This document shows, piece by piece, positions 12,608 to 27,100 of a DNA stretch of 64,000 nucleotides. The DNA is from the human T2T-CHM13v2.0 reference genome, Homo sapiens. Made by a program: the position numbers and the translations under genes. Within the stretch, counting starts at the first letter, position 1, and every line of letters starts with the position of its first letter. Where the stretch lies: NCBI RefSeq assembly GCF_009914755.1, contig NC_060925.1. One strand, 5' to 3'. The notes below the pieces were generated by a model. That model saw only the letters and a program-made list of their open reading frames with translations. It did no database searches and was not told the DNA's origin.

Positions 12608-13670
12608 ATGGAATCGTCATCGAATGAATTGAATGCAATCATCGAATGGTCTCGAATGGAATCATCTTCTAATGGAAAGGAATGGAATCATCGCATAGAA
12701 TCGAATGGAATTATCATCGAATGGAATCGAATGGTATCAACACCAAACGGAAAAAAACGGAATTATCGAATGGAATCGAAGAGAATCTTCGAACGGACCC
12801 GAATGGAATCATCTAATGGAATGGAATGGAATAATCCATGGACTCGAATGCAATCATCATCGAATGGAATCGAATGGAATCATCGAATGGACTCGAATGG
12901 AATAATCATTGAACGGAATCGAATGGAATCATCATCGGATGGAAACGAATGGAATCATGATCGAATGGAAATGAAAGGAGTCATCATCTAATGGAATTGC
13001 ATGGAATCATCATAAAATGGAATCGAATGGAATCAACATCAAATGGAATCAAATGGAATCATTGAACGGAATTGAATGGAATCGTCATCGAATGAATTGA
13101 CTGCAATCATCGAATGGTCTCGAATGGAATCATCTTCAAATGGAATGGAATGGAATCATCGCATAGAATCGAATGGAATTATCATCGAATGGAATCGAAT
13201 GGAATCAACATCAAACGGAAAAAAACGGAATTATCGAATGGAATCGAAGAGAATCATCGAATGGACCCGAATGGAATCATCTAATGGAATGGAATGGAAT
13301 AATCCATGGACTCGAATGCAATCATCATCGAATGGAATCGAATGGAATCATCGAATGAACTCGAATGGAATCATCATTGAATGGAATCGAATGGAATCAT
13401 CGAGTGGAATCGAATGGAATTATGATCAAATGGAATTGAATGTAATCATCATCAAATGGAATCAAAAATAACCATCATCAATTGGTATTGAATGGAATTG
13501 TCATCAAATGGAATTCAAAGGAATCATCATCAAATGGAACCGAATGGAATCCTCATTGAATGGAAATGAAAGGGGTCATCATCTAATGGAATCGCATGGA
13601 ATCATCATCAAATGGAATCGAATGGAATCATCATCAAATGGAATCTAATGGAATCATTGAACAGAATTGA
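12608..13670 (+). repeat. Short 1,063-bp unit (713-bp deletion), copy 1
   Basis: Junction 'aatcatcgaatg|aactcgaatggaatcatcattg' at ~13357; anchor spacing 1063. Confidence 0.93.
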
Positions 13671-16600
13671 ATGGAATCGTCATCGAATGAATTGAATGCA
13701 ATCATCGAATGGTCTCGAATGGAATCATCTTCTAATGGAAAGGAATGGAATCATCGCATAGAATCGAATGGAATTATCATCGAATGGAATCGAATGGTAT
13801 CAACACCAAACGGAAAAAAACGGAATTATCGAATGGAATCGAAGAGAATCTTCGAACGGACCCGAATGGAATCATCTAATGGAATGGAATGGAATAATCC
13901 ATGGACTCGAATGCAATCATCATCGAATGGAATGGAATGGAATCATCGAATGGACTCGAATGGAATAATCATTGAACGGAATCGAATGGAATCATCATCG
14001 GATGGAAACGAATGGAATCATCATCGAATGGAAATGAAAGGAGTCATCATCTAATGGAATTGCATGGAATCATCATCAAATGGAATCGAATGGAATCAAC
14101 ATCAAATGGAATCAAATGGAATCATTGAACGGAATTGAATGGAATCGTCATCGAATGAATTGACTGCAATCATCGAATGGTCTCGAATGGAATCATCTTC
14201 AAATGGAATGGAATGGAATCATCGCATAGAATCGAATGGAATTATCATCGAATGGAATCGAATGGAATCAACATCAAACGGAAAAAAACGGAATTATCGA
14301 ATGGAATCGAAGAGAATCATCGAATGGACCCGAATGGAATCATCTAATGGAATGGAATGGAATAATCCATGGACTCGAATGCAATCATCATCGAATGGAA
14401 TCGAATGGAATCATCGAATGGACTCGAATGGAATAATCATTGAACGGAAACGAATGGAATCATCATCGGATGGAAATGAATGGAATCATCATCGAATGGA
14501 ATCGAATAGAATTATGGAATGAAATCCAGTGTGATCATCATCGAATGGACCCGAATGGAATCATCATCCAACGGAAGCTAATGGAATCAACATCGAATGA
14601 ATCGAATGGAAACACCATCGAATTGAAACGAATGGAATTATCATGAAATTGAAATGGATGGACTCATCATCGAATGGATTCGAATGGAATCATCGAATAA
14701 AATTGATTGAAATCATCATCGAATGGAATCGAATGGTATCATTGAATGGAATCGAATGGAATCATCATCAGATGGAAATGAATGGAATCGTCATAGAATG
14801 GAATCGAATGGATTCATTGAATGGAATCAGATGGAATCATCGAATGGACTGGAATGGAATCATTGAATGGACTCGAAAGGGATCATGATTGAATGGAATT
14901 GAATGGAATCATCGAATGGTCTCGATTGGAATCATTATCAAATGGAATCGAATGGAATCACCGAATAGAATCGAATGGAACAATCATCGAATGGACTCAA
15001 ATGGAATTATCCTCAAATGGAATCGAATGGAATTATCGAATGCAATCGAATGGAATTATCGAATGCAATCGAATAGAATCATCGAATGGACTCGAATGGA
15101 ATCATCGAATGGAATGGAATGGAACAGTCAATGAACTCGAATGGAATCATCATTGAATGGAATCGAATGGAATCATCGAGTGGAATCGAATGGAATTATG
15201 ATCAAATGGAATCGAATGTAATCATCATCAGATGGAATCAAAAATAACCATCATCAATTGGTATTGAATGGAATTGTCATCAAATGGAATTCAAAGGAAT
15301 CATCATCAAATGGAACCGAATGGAATCCTCATTGAATGGAAATGAAAGGGGTCATCATCTAATGGAATCGCATGGAATCATCATCAAATGGAATCGAATG
15401 GAATCATCATCAAATGGAATCTAATGGAATCATTGAACAGAATTGAATGGAATCTTCGTCGAATGAATTGAATGCAATCATCGAATGGCCTCGAATGGAA
15501 TCATCTTCTAATGGAAAGGAATGGAATCATCGCATAGAATCGAATGGAATTATCATCGAATGGAATCGAATGGTATCAACACCAAACGGAAAAAAACGGA
15601 ATTATCGAATGGAATCGAAGAGAATCTTCGAACGGACCCGAATGGAATCATCTAATGGAATGGAATGGAATAATCCATGGACTCGAATGCAATCATCATC
15701 GAATGGAATCGAATGGAATCATCGAATGGACTCGAATGGAATAATCATTGAACGGAATCGAATGGAATCATCATCGGATGGAAACGAATGGAATCATCAT
15801 CGAATGGAAATGAAAGGAGTCATCATCTAATGGAATTGCATGGAATCATCATAAAATGGAATCGAATGGAATCAACATCAAATGGAATCAAACGGAATCA
15901 TTGAACGGAATTGAATGGAATCGTCATCGAATGAATTGACTGCAATCATCGAATGGTCTCGAATGGAATCATCTTCAAATGGAATGGAATGGAATCATCG
16001 CATAGAATCGAATGGAATTATCATCGAATGGAATCGAATGGAATCAACATCAAACGGAAAAAAACGGAATTATCGAATGGAATCGAAGAGAATCATCGAA
16101 TGGACCCGAATGGAATCATCTAATGGAATGGAATGGAATAATCCATGGACTCGAATGCAATCATCATCGAATGGAATCGAGTGGAATCATCGAATGGACT
16201 CGAATGGAATAATCTTTGAACGGAAACGAATGGAATCATCATCGGATGGAAATGAATGGAATCATCATCGAATGGAATCGAATAGAATTATGGAATGAAA
16301 TCCAGTGTGATCATCATCGAATGGACCCGAATGGAATCATCATCCAACGGAAGCTAATGGAATCAACATCGAATGAATCGAATGGAAACACCATCGAATT
16401 GAAACGAATGGAATTATCATGAAATTGAAATGGATGGACTCATCATCGAATGGATTCGAATGGAATCATCGAATAAAATTGATTGAAATCATCATCGAAT
16501 GGAATCGAATGGTATCATTGAATGGAATCGAATGGAATCATCATCAGATGGAAATGAATGGAATCGTCATAGAATGGAATCGAATGGATTCATTGAATGG

Positions 16601-17222
16601 AATCAGATGGAATCATCGAATGGACTGGAATGGAATCATTGAATGGACTCGAAAGGGATCATGATTGAATGGAATTGAATGGAATCATCGAATGGTCTCG
16701 ATTGGAATCATTATCAAATGGAATCGAATGGAATCACCGAATAGAATCGAATGGAACAATCATCGAATGGACTCAAATGGAATTATCCTTCAATGGAATC
16801 GAATGGAATTATCGAATGCAATCGAATGGAATTATCGAATGCAATCGAATAGAATCATCGAATGGACTCGAATGGAATCATGGAATGGAATGGAATGGAA
16901 CAGTCAATGAACTCGAATGGAATCATCATTGAATGGAATCGAATGGAATCATCGAGTGGAATCGAATGGAATTATGATCAAATGGAATCGAATGTAATCA
17001 TCATCAAATGGAATCAAAAATAACCATCATCAATTGGTATTGAATGGAATTGTCATCAAATGGAATTCAAAGGAATCATCATCAAATGGAACCGAATGGA
17101 ATCCTCATTGAATGGAAATGAAAGGGGTCATCATCTAATGGAATCACATGGAATCATCATCAAATGGAATCGAATGGAATCATCATCAAATGGAATCTAA
17201 TGGAATCATTGAACAGAATTGA

Positions 17223-18285
17223 ATGGAATCGTCATCGAATGAATTGAATGCAATCATCGAATGGTCTCGAATGGAATCATCTTCTAATGGAAAGGAATGG
17301 AATCATCGCATAGAATCGAATGGAATTATCATCGAATGGAATCGAATGGTATCAACACCAAACGGAAAAAAACGGAATTATCGAATGGAATCGAAGAGAA
17401 TCTTCGAACGGACCCGAATGGAATCATCTAATGGAATGGAATGGAATAATCCATGGACTCGAATGCAATCATCATCGAATGGAATCGAATGGAATCATCG
17501 AATGGACTCGAATGGAATAATCATTGAACGGAATCGAATGGAATCATCATCGGATGGAAACGAATGGAATCATCATCGAATGGAAATGAAAGGAGTCATC
17601 ATCTAATGGAATTGCATGGAATCATCATCAAATGGAATCGAATGGAATCAACATCAAATGGAATCAAATGGAATCATTGAACGGAATTGAATGGAATCGT
17701 CATCAAATGAATTGACTGCAATCATCGAATGGTCTCGAATGGAATCATCTTCAAATGGAATGGAATGGAATCATCGCATAGAATCGAATGGAATTATCAT
17801 CGAATGGAATCGAATGGAATCAACATCAAACGGAAAAAAACGGAATTATCGAATGGAATCGAAGAGAATCATCGAATGGACCCGAATGGAATCATCTAAT
17901 GGAATGGAATGGAATAATCCATGGACTCGAATGCAATCATCATCGAATGGAATCGAATGGAATCATCGAATGAACTCGAATGGAATCATCATTGAATGGA
18001 ATCGAATGGAATCATCGAGTGGAATCGAATGGAATTATGATCAAATGGAATCGAATGTAATCATCATCAAATGGAATCAAAAATAACCATCATCAATTGG
18101 TATTGTATGGAATTGTCATCAAATGGAATTCAAAGGAATCATCATCAAATGGAACCGAATGGAATCCTCATTGAATGGAAATGAAAGGGGTCATCATCTA
18201 ATGGAATCGCATGGAATCATCATCAAATGGAATCGAATGGAATCATCATCAAATGGAATCTAATGGAATCATTGAACAGAATTGA
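17223..18285 (+). repeat. Short 1,063-bp unit, copy 2
   Basis: Same junction at ~17972; spacing 1063. Confidence 0.93.
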
Positions 18286-20061
18286 ATGGAATCGTCATCG
18301 AATGAATTGAATGCAATCATCGAATGGTCTCGAATGGAATCATCTTCTAATGGAAAGGAATGGAATCATCGCATAGAATCGAATGGAATTATCATCGAAT
18401 GGAATCGAATGGTATCAACACCAAACGGAAAAAAACGGAATTATCGAATGGAATCGAAGAGAATCTTCGAACGGACCCGAATGGAATCATCTAATGGAAT
18501 GGAATGGAATAATCCATGGACTCGAATGCAATCATCATCGAATGGAATCGAATGGAATCATCGAATGGACTCGAATGGAATAATCATTGAACGGAATCGA
18601 ATGGAATCATCATCGGATGGAAACGAATGGAATCATCATCGAATGGAAATGAAAGGAGTCATCATCTAATGGAATTGCATGGAATCATCATAAAATGGAA
18701 TCGAATGGAATCAACATCAAATGGATTCAAATGGAATCATTGAACGGAATTGAATGGAATCGTCATCGAATGAATTGACTGCAATCATCGAATGGTCTCG
18801 AATGGAATCATCTTCAAATGGAATGGAATGGAATCATCGCATAGAATCGAATGGAATTATCATCGAATGGAATCGAATGGAATCAACATCAAACGGAAAA
18901 AAACGGAATTATCGAATGGAATCGAAGAGAATCATCGAATGGACCCGAATGGAATCATCTAATGGAATGGAATGGAATAATCCATGGACTCGAATGCAAT
19001 CATCATCGAATGGAATCGAATGGAATCATCGAATGGACTCGAATGGAATAATCATTGAACGGAAACGAATGGAATCATCATCGGATGGAAATGAATGGAA
19101 TCATCATCGAATGGAATCGAATAGAATTATGGAATGAAATCCAGTGTGATCATCATTGAATGGACCCGAATGGAATCATCATCCAACGGAAGCTAATGGA
19201 ATCAACATCGAATGAATCGAATGGAAACACCATCGAATTGAAACGAATGGAATTATCATGAAATTGAAATGGATGGACTCATCATCGAATGGATTCGAAT
19301 GGAATCATCGAACAAAATTGATTGAAATCATCATCGAATGGAATCGAATGGTATCATTGAATGGAATCGAATGGAATCATCATCAGATGGAAATGAATGG
19401 AATCGTCATAGAATGGAATCGAATGGATTCATTGAATGGAATCAGATGGAATCATCGAATGGACTGGAATGGAATCATTGAATGGACTCGAAAGGGATCA
19501 TGATTGAATGGAATTGAATGGAATCATCGAATGGTCTCGATTGGAATCATTATCAAATGGAATCGAATGGAATCACCGAATAGAATCGAATGGAACAATC
19601 ATCGAATGGACTCAAATGGAATTATCCTCAAATGGAATCGAATGGAATTATCGAATGCAATCGAATGGAATTATCGAATGCAATCGAATAGAATCATCGA
19701 ATGGACTCGAATGGAATCATCGAATAGAATGGAATGGAACAGTCAATGAACTCGAATGGAATCATCATTGAATGGAATCGAATGGAATCATCGAGTGGAA
19801 TCGAATGGAATTATGATCAAATGGAATCGAATGTAATCATCATCAAAAGGAATCAAAAATAACCATCATCAATTGGTATTGAATGGAATTGTCATCAAAT
19901 GGAATTCAAAGGAATCATCATCAAATGGAACCGAATGGAATCCTCATTGAATGGAAATGAAAGGGGTCATCATCTAATGGAATCGCATGGAATCATCATC
20001 AAATGGAATCGAATGGAATCATCATCAAATGGAATCTAATGGAATCATTGAACAGAATTGA

Positions 20062-21124
20062 ATGGAATGGTCATCGAATGAATTGAATGCAATCATCGAA
20101 TGGTCTCGAATGGAATCATCTTCTAATGGAAAGGAATGGAATCATCGCATAGAATCGAATGGAATTATCATCGAATGGAATCGAATGGTATCAACACCAA
20201 ACGGAAAAAAACGGAATTATCGAATGGAATCGAAGAGAATCTTCGAACGGACCCGAATGGAATCATCTAATGGAATGGAATGGAATAATCCATGGACTCG
20301 AATGCAATCATCATCGAATGGAATCGAATGGAATCATCGAATGGACTCGAATGGAATAATCATTGAACGGAATCGAATGGAATCATCATCGGATGGAAAC
20401 GAATGGAATCATCATCGAATGGAAATGAAAGGAGTCATCATCTAATGGAATTGCATGGAATCATCATAAAATGGAATCGAATGGAATCAACATCAAATGG
20501 AATCAAATGGAATCATTGAACGGAATTGAATGGAATCGTCATCGAATGAATTGACTGCAATCATCGAATGGTCTCGAATGGAATCATCTTCAAATGGAAT
20601 GGAATGGAATCATCGCATAAAATCGAATGGAATTATCATCGAATGGAATCGAATGGAATCAACATCAAACGGAAAAAAACGGAATTATCGAATGGAATCG
20701 AAGAGAATCATCGAATGGACCCGAATGGAATCATCTAATGGAATGGAATGGAATAATCCATGGACTCGAATGCAATCATCATCGAATGGAATCGAATGGA
20801 ATCATCGAATGAACTCGAATGGAATCATCATTGAATGGAATCGAATGGAATCATCGAGTGGAATCGAATGGAATTATGATCAAATGGAATCGAATGTAAT
20901 CATCATCAAATGGAATCAAAAATAACCATCATCAATTGGTATTGAATGGAATTGTCATCAAATGGAATTCAAAGGAATCATCATCAAATGGAACCGAATG
21001 GAATCCTCATTGAATGGAAATGAAAGGGGTCATCATCTAATGGAATCACATGGAATCATCATCAAATGGAATCGAATGGAATCATCATCAAATGGAATCT
21101 AATGGAATCATTGAACAGAATTGA
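20062..21124 (+). repeat. Short 1,063-bp unit, copy 3
   Basis: Same junction at ~20811; spacing 1063. Confidence 0.93.
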
Positions 21125-24100
21125 ATGGAATCGTCATCGAATGAATTGAATGCAATCATCGAATGGTCTCGAATGGAATCATCTTCTAATGGAAAGGAAT
21201 GGAATCATCGCATAGAATCGAATGGAATTATCATCGAATGGAATCGAATGGTATCAACACCAAACGGAAAAAAACGGAATTATCGAATGGAATCGAAGAG
21301 AATCTTCGAACGGACCCGAATGGAATCATCTAATGGAATGGAATGGAATAATCCATGGACTCGAATGCAATCATCATCGAATGGAATCGAATGGAATCAT
21401 CGAATGGACTTGAATGGAATAATCATTGAACGGAATCGAATGGAATCATCATCGGATGGAAACGAATGGAATCATCATCGAATGGAAATGAAAGGAGTCA
21501 TCATCTAATGGAATTGCATGGAATCATCATAAAATGGAATCGAATGGAATCAACATCAAATGGAATCAAATGGAATCATTGAACGGAATTGAATGGAATC
21601 GTCATCGAATGAATTGACTGCAATCATCGAATGTTCTCGAATGGAATCATCTTCAAATGGAATGGAATGGAATCATCGCATAGAATCGAATGGAATTATC
21701 ATCGAATGGAATCGAATGGAATCAACATCAAACGGAAAAAAACGGAATTATCGTATGGAATCGAAGAGAATCATCGAATGGACCCGAATGGAATCATCTA
21801 ATAGAATGGAATGGAATAATCCATGGACTCGAATGCAATCATCATCGAATGGAATCGAATGGAATCATCGAATGGACTCGAATGGAATAATCATTGAACG
21901 GAATCGAATGGAATCATCATCGGATGGAAATGAATGGAATCATCATCGAATGGAATCGAATAGAATTATGGAATGAAATCCAGTGTGATCATCATCGAAT
22001 GGACCCGAGTGGAATCATCATCCAACGGAAGCTAATGGAATCAACATCGAATGAATCGAATGGAAACACCATCGAATTGAAACGAATGGAATTATCATGA
22101 AACTGAAATGGATGGACTCATCATCGAATGGATTCGAATGGAATCATCGAATAAAATTTATTGAAATCATCATCAAATGGAATCGAATGGTATCATTGAA
22201 TGGAATCGAATGGAATCATCATCAGATGGAAATGAATGGAATCGTCATAGAATGGAATCGAATGGATTCATTGAATGGAATCAGATGGAATCATCGAATG
22301 GACTGGAATGGAATCATTGAATGGACTCGAAAGGGATCATGATTGAATGGAATTGAATGGAATCATCGAATGGTCTCGATTGGAATCATTATCAAATGGA
22401 ATCGAATGGAATCACCGAATAGAATCGAATGGAACAATCATCGAATGGACTCAAATGGAATTATCCTCAAATGGAATCGAATGGAATTATCGAATGCAAT
22501 CGAATGGAATTATCGAATGCAATCGAATAGAATCATCGAAAGGATTCGAATGGAATCATCGAATGGAATGGAATGGAACAGTCAATGAACTCGAATGGAA
22601 TCATCATTGAATGGAATCGAATGGAATCATCGAGTGGAATCGAATGGAATTATGATCAAATGGAATCGAATGTAATCATCATCAAATGGAATCAAAAATA
22701 ACCATCATCAATTGGTATTGAATGGAATTGTCATCAAATGGAATTCAAAGGAATCATCATCAAATGGAACCGAATGGAATCCTCATTGAATGGAAATGAA
22801 AGGGGTCATCATCTAATGGAATCGCATGGAATCATCATCAAATGGAATCGAATGGAATCATCATCAAATGGAATCTAATGGAATCATTGAACAGAATTGA
22901 ATGGAATCGTCATCGAATGAATTGAATGCAATCATCGAATGGTCTCGAATGGAATCATCTTCTAATGGAAAGGAATGGAATCATCGCATAGAATCGAATG
23001 GAATTATCATCGAATGGAATCGAATGGTATCAACACCAAACGGAAAAAAATGGAATTATCGAATGGAATCGAAGAGAATCTTCGAACGGACCCGAATGGA
23101 ATCATCTAATGGAATGGAATGGAATAATCCATGGACTCGAATGCAATCATCATCGAATGGAATCGAATGGAGTCATCGAATGGACTCGAATGCAATAATC
23201 ATTGAACGGAATCGAATGGAATCATCATCGGATGGAAACGAATGGAATCATCATCGAATGGAAATGAAAGGAGTCATCATCTAATGGAATTGCATGGAAT
23301 CATCATAAAATGGAATCGAATGGAATCAACATCAAATGGAATCAAATGGAATCATTGAACGGAATTGAATGGAATCGTCATCGAATGAATTGACTGCAAT
23401 CATCGAATGGTCTCGAATGGAATCATCTTCAAATGGAATGGAATGGAATCATCGCATAGAATCGAATGGAATTATCATCGAATGGAATCGAATGGAATCA
23501 ACATCAAACGGAAAAAAACAGAATTATCGAATGGAATCGAAGAGAATCATCGAATGGACCCGAATGGAATCATCTAATGGAATGGAATGGAATAATCCAT
23601 GGACTCGAATGCAATCATCATCGAATGGAATCGAATGGAATCATCGAATGGACTCGAATGGAATAATCATTGAACGGAATCGAATGGAATCATCATCGGA
23701 TGGAAATGAATGGAATCATCATCGAATGGAATCGAATAGAATTATGGAATGAAATCCAGTGTGATCATCATCGAATGGACCCGAATGGAATCATCATCCA
23801 ACGGAAGCTAATGGAATCAACATCGAATGAATCGAATGGAAACACCATCGAATTGAAACGAATGGAATTATCATGAAATTGAAACGGATGGACACATCAT
23901 CGAATGGATTCGAATGGAATCATCGAATAAAATTGATTGAAATCATCATCCAATGGAATCGAATGGTATCATTGAATGGAATCGAATGGAATCATCATCA
24001 GATGGAAATGAATGGAATCGTCATAGAATGGAATCGAATGGATTCATTGAATGGAATCAGATGGAATCATCGAATGGACTGGAATGGAATCATTGAATGG

Positions 24101-27100
24101 ACTCGAAAGGGATCATGATTGAATGGAATTGAATGGAATCATCGAATGGTCTCGATTGGAATCATTATCAAATGGAATCGAATGGAATCACCGAATAGAA
24201 TCGAATGGAACAATCATCGAATGGACTCAAATGGAATTATCCTCCAATGGAATCGAATGGAATTATCGAATGCAATCGAATGGAATTATCGAATGCAATC
24301 GAATAGAATCATCGAATGGACTCGAATGGAATCATCGAATGGAATGGAATGGAACAGTCAATGAACTCGAATGGAATCATCATTGAATGGAATCGAATGG
24401 AATCATCGAGTGGAATCGAATGGAATTATGATCAAATGGAATCGAATATAATCATCATCAGATGGAATCAAAAATAACCATCATCAATTGGTATTGAATG
24501 GAATTGTCATCAAATGGAATTCAAAGGAATCATCATCAAATGGAACCGAATGGAATCCTCATTGAATGGAAATGAAAGGGGTCATCATCTAATGGAATCG
24601 CATGGAATCATCATCAAATGGAATCGAATGGAATCATCATCAAATGGAATCTAATGGAATCATTGAACAGAATTGAATGGAATCTTCATCGAATGAATTG
24701 AATGCAATCATCGAATGGCCTCGAATGGAATCATCTTCTAATGGAAAGGAATGGAATCATCGCATAGAATCGAATGGAATTATCATCGAATGGAATCGAA
24801 TGGTATCAACACCAAACGGAAAAAAACGGAATTATCGAATGGAATCGAAGAGAATCTTCGAACGGACCCGAATGGAATCATCTAATGGAATGGAATGGAA
24901 TAATCCATGGACTCGAATGCAATCATCATCGAATGGAATCGAATGGAATCATCGAATGGACTCGAATGGAATAATCATTGAACTGAATCGAATGGAATCA
25001 TCATCGGATGGAAACGAATGGAATCATCATCGAATGGAAATGAAAGGAGTCATCATCTAATGGAATTGCATGGAATCATCATAAAATGGAATCGAATGGA
25101 ATCAACATCAAATGGAATCAAATGGAATCATTCAACGGAATTGAATGGAATCGTCATCGAATGAATTGACTGCAATCATCGAATGGTCTCGAATGGAATC
25201 ATCTTCAAATGGAATGGAATGGAATCATCGCATAGAATCGAATGGAATTATCATCGAATGGAATCGAATGGAATCAACATCAAACGGAAAAAAACGGAAT
25301 TATCGAATGGAATCGAAGAGAATCATCGAATGGACCCGAATGGAATCATCTAATGGAATGGAATGGAATAATCCATGGACTCGAATGCAATCATCATCGA
25401 ATGGAATCGAATGGAATCATCGAATGGACTCGAATGGAATAATCATTGAACGGAATCGAATGGAATCATCATCGGATGGAAATGAATGGAATCATCATCG
25501 AATGGAATCGAATAGAATTATGGAATGAAATCCAGTGTGATCATCATCGAATGGACCCGAATGGAATCATCATCCAACGGAAGCTAATGGAATCAACATC
25601 GAATGAATCGAATGGAAACACCATCGAATTGAAACGAATGGAATTATCATGAAATTGAAATGGATGGACTCATCATCGAATGGATTCGAATGGAATCATC
25701 GAATAAAATTGATTGAAATCATCATCCAATGGAATCGAATGGTATCATTGAATGGAATCGAATGGAATCATCATCAGATGGAAATGAATGGAATCGTCAT
25801 AGAATGGAATCGAATGGATTCATTGAATGGAATCAGATGGAATCATCGAATGGACTGGAATGGAATCATTGAATGGACTCGAAAGGGATCATGATTGAAT
25901 GGAATTGAATGGAATCATCGAATGGTCTCGATTGGAATCATTATCAAATGGAATCGAATGGAATCACCGAATAGAATCGAATGGAACAATCATCGAATGG
26001 ACTCAAATGGAATTATCCTCCAATGGAATCGAATGGAATTATCGAATGCAATCGAATGGAATTATCGAATGCAATCGAATAGAATCATCGAATGGACTCG
26101 AATGGAATCATCGAATGGAATGGAATGGAACAGTCAATGAACTCGAATGGAATCATCATTGAATGGAATCGAATGGAATCATCGAGTGGAATCGAATGGA
26201 ATTATGATCAAATGGAATCTAATGTAATCATCATCCAATGGAATCAAAAATAACCATCATCAATTGGTATTGAATGGAATTGTCATCAAATGGAATTCAA
26301 AGGAATCATCATCAAATGGAACCGAATGGAATCCTCATTGAATGGAAATGAAAGGGGTCATCATCTAACGGAATCGCATGGAATCATCATCAAATGGAAT
26401 CTAATGGAATCATTGAACAGAATTGAATGGAATCGTCATCAAATGAATTGAATGCAATCATCGAATGGTCTCGAATGGAATCATCTTCTAATGGAAAGGA
26501 ATGGAATCATCGCATAGAATCGAATGGAATTATCATCGAATGGAATCGAATGGTATCAACACCAAACGGAAAAAAACGGAATTATCGAATGGAATCGAAG
26601 AGAATCTTCGAACGGACCCGAATGGAATCATCTAATGGAATGGAATGGAATAATCCATGGACTCGAATGCAATCATCATCGAATGGAATGGAATGGAATC
26701 ATCGAATGGACTCGAATGGAATAATCATTGAACGGAATCGAATGGAATCATCATCGGATGGAAACGAATGGAATCATCATCGAATGGAAATGAAAGGAGT
26801 CATCATCTAATGGAATTGCATGGAATCATCATAAAATGGAATCGAATGGAATCAACATCAAATGGAATCAAATGGAATCATTGAACGGAATTGAATGGAA
26901 TCGTCATCGAATGAATTGACTGCAATCATCGAATGGTCTCGAATGGAATCATCTTCAAATGGAATGGAATGGAATCATCGCATAGAATCGAATGGAATTA
27001 TCATCGAATGGAATCGAATGGAATCAACATCAAACGGAAAAAAACGGAATTATCGAATGGAATCGAAGAGAATCATCGAATGGACCCGAATGGAATCATC

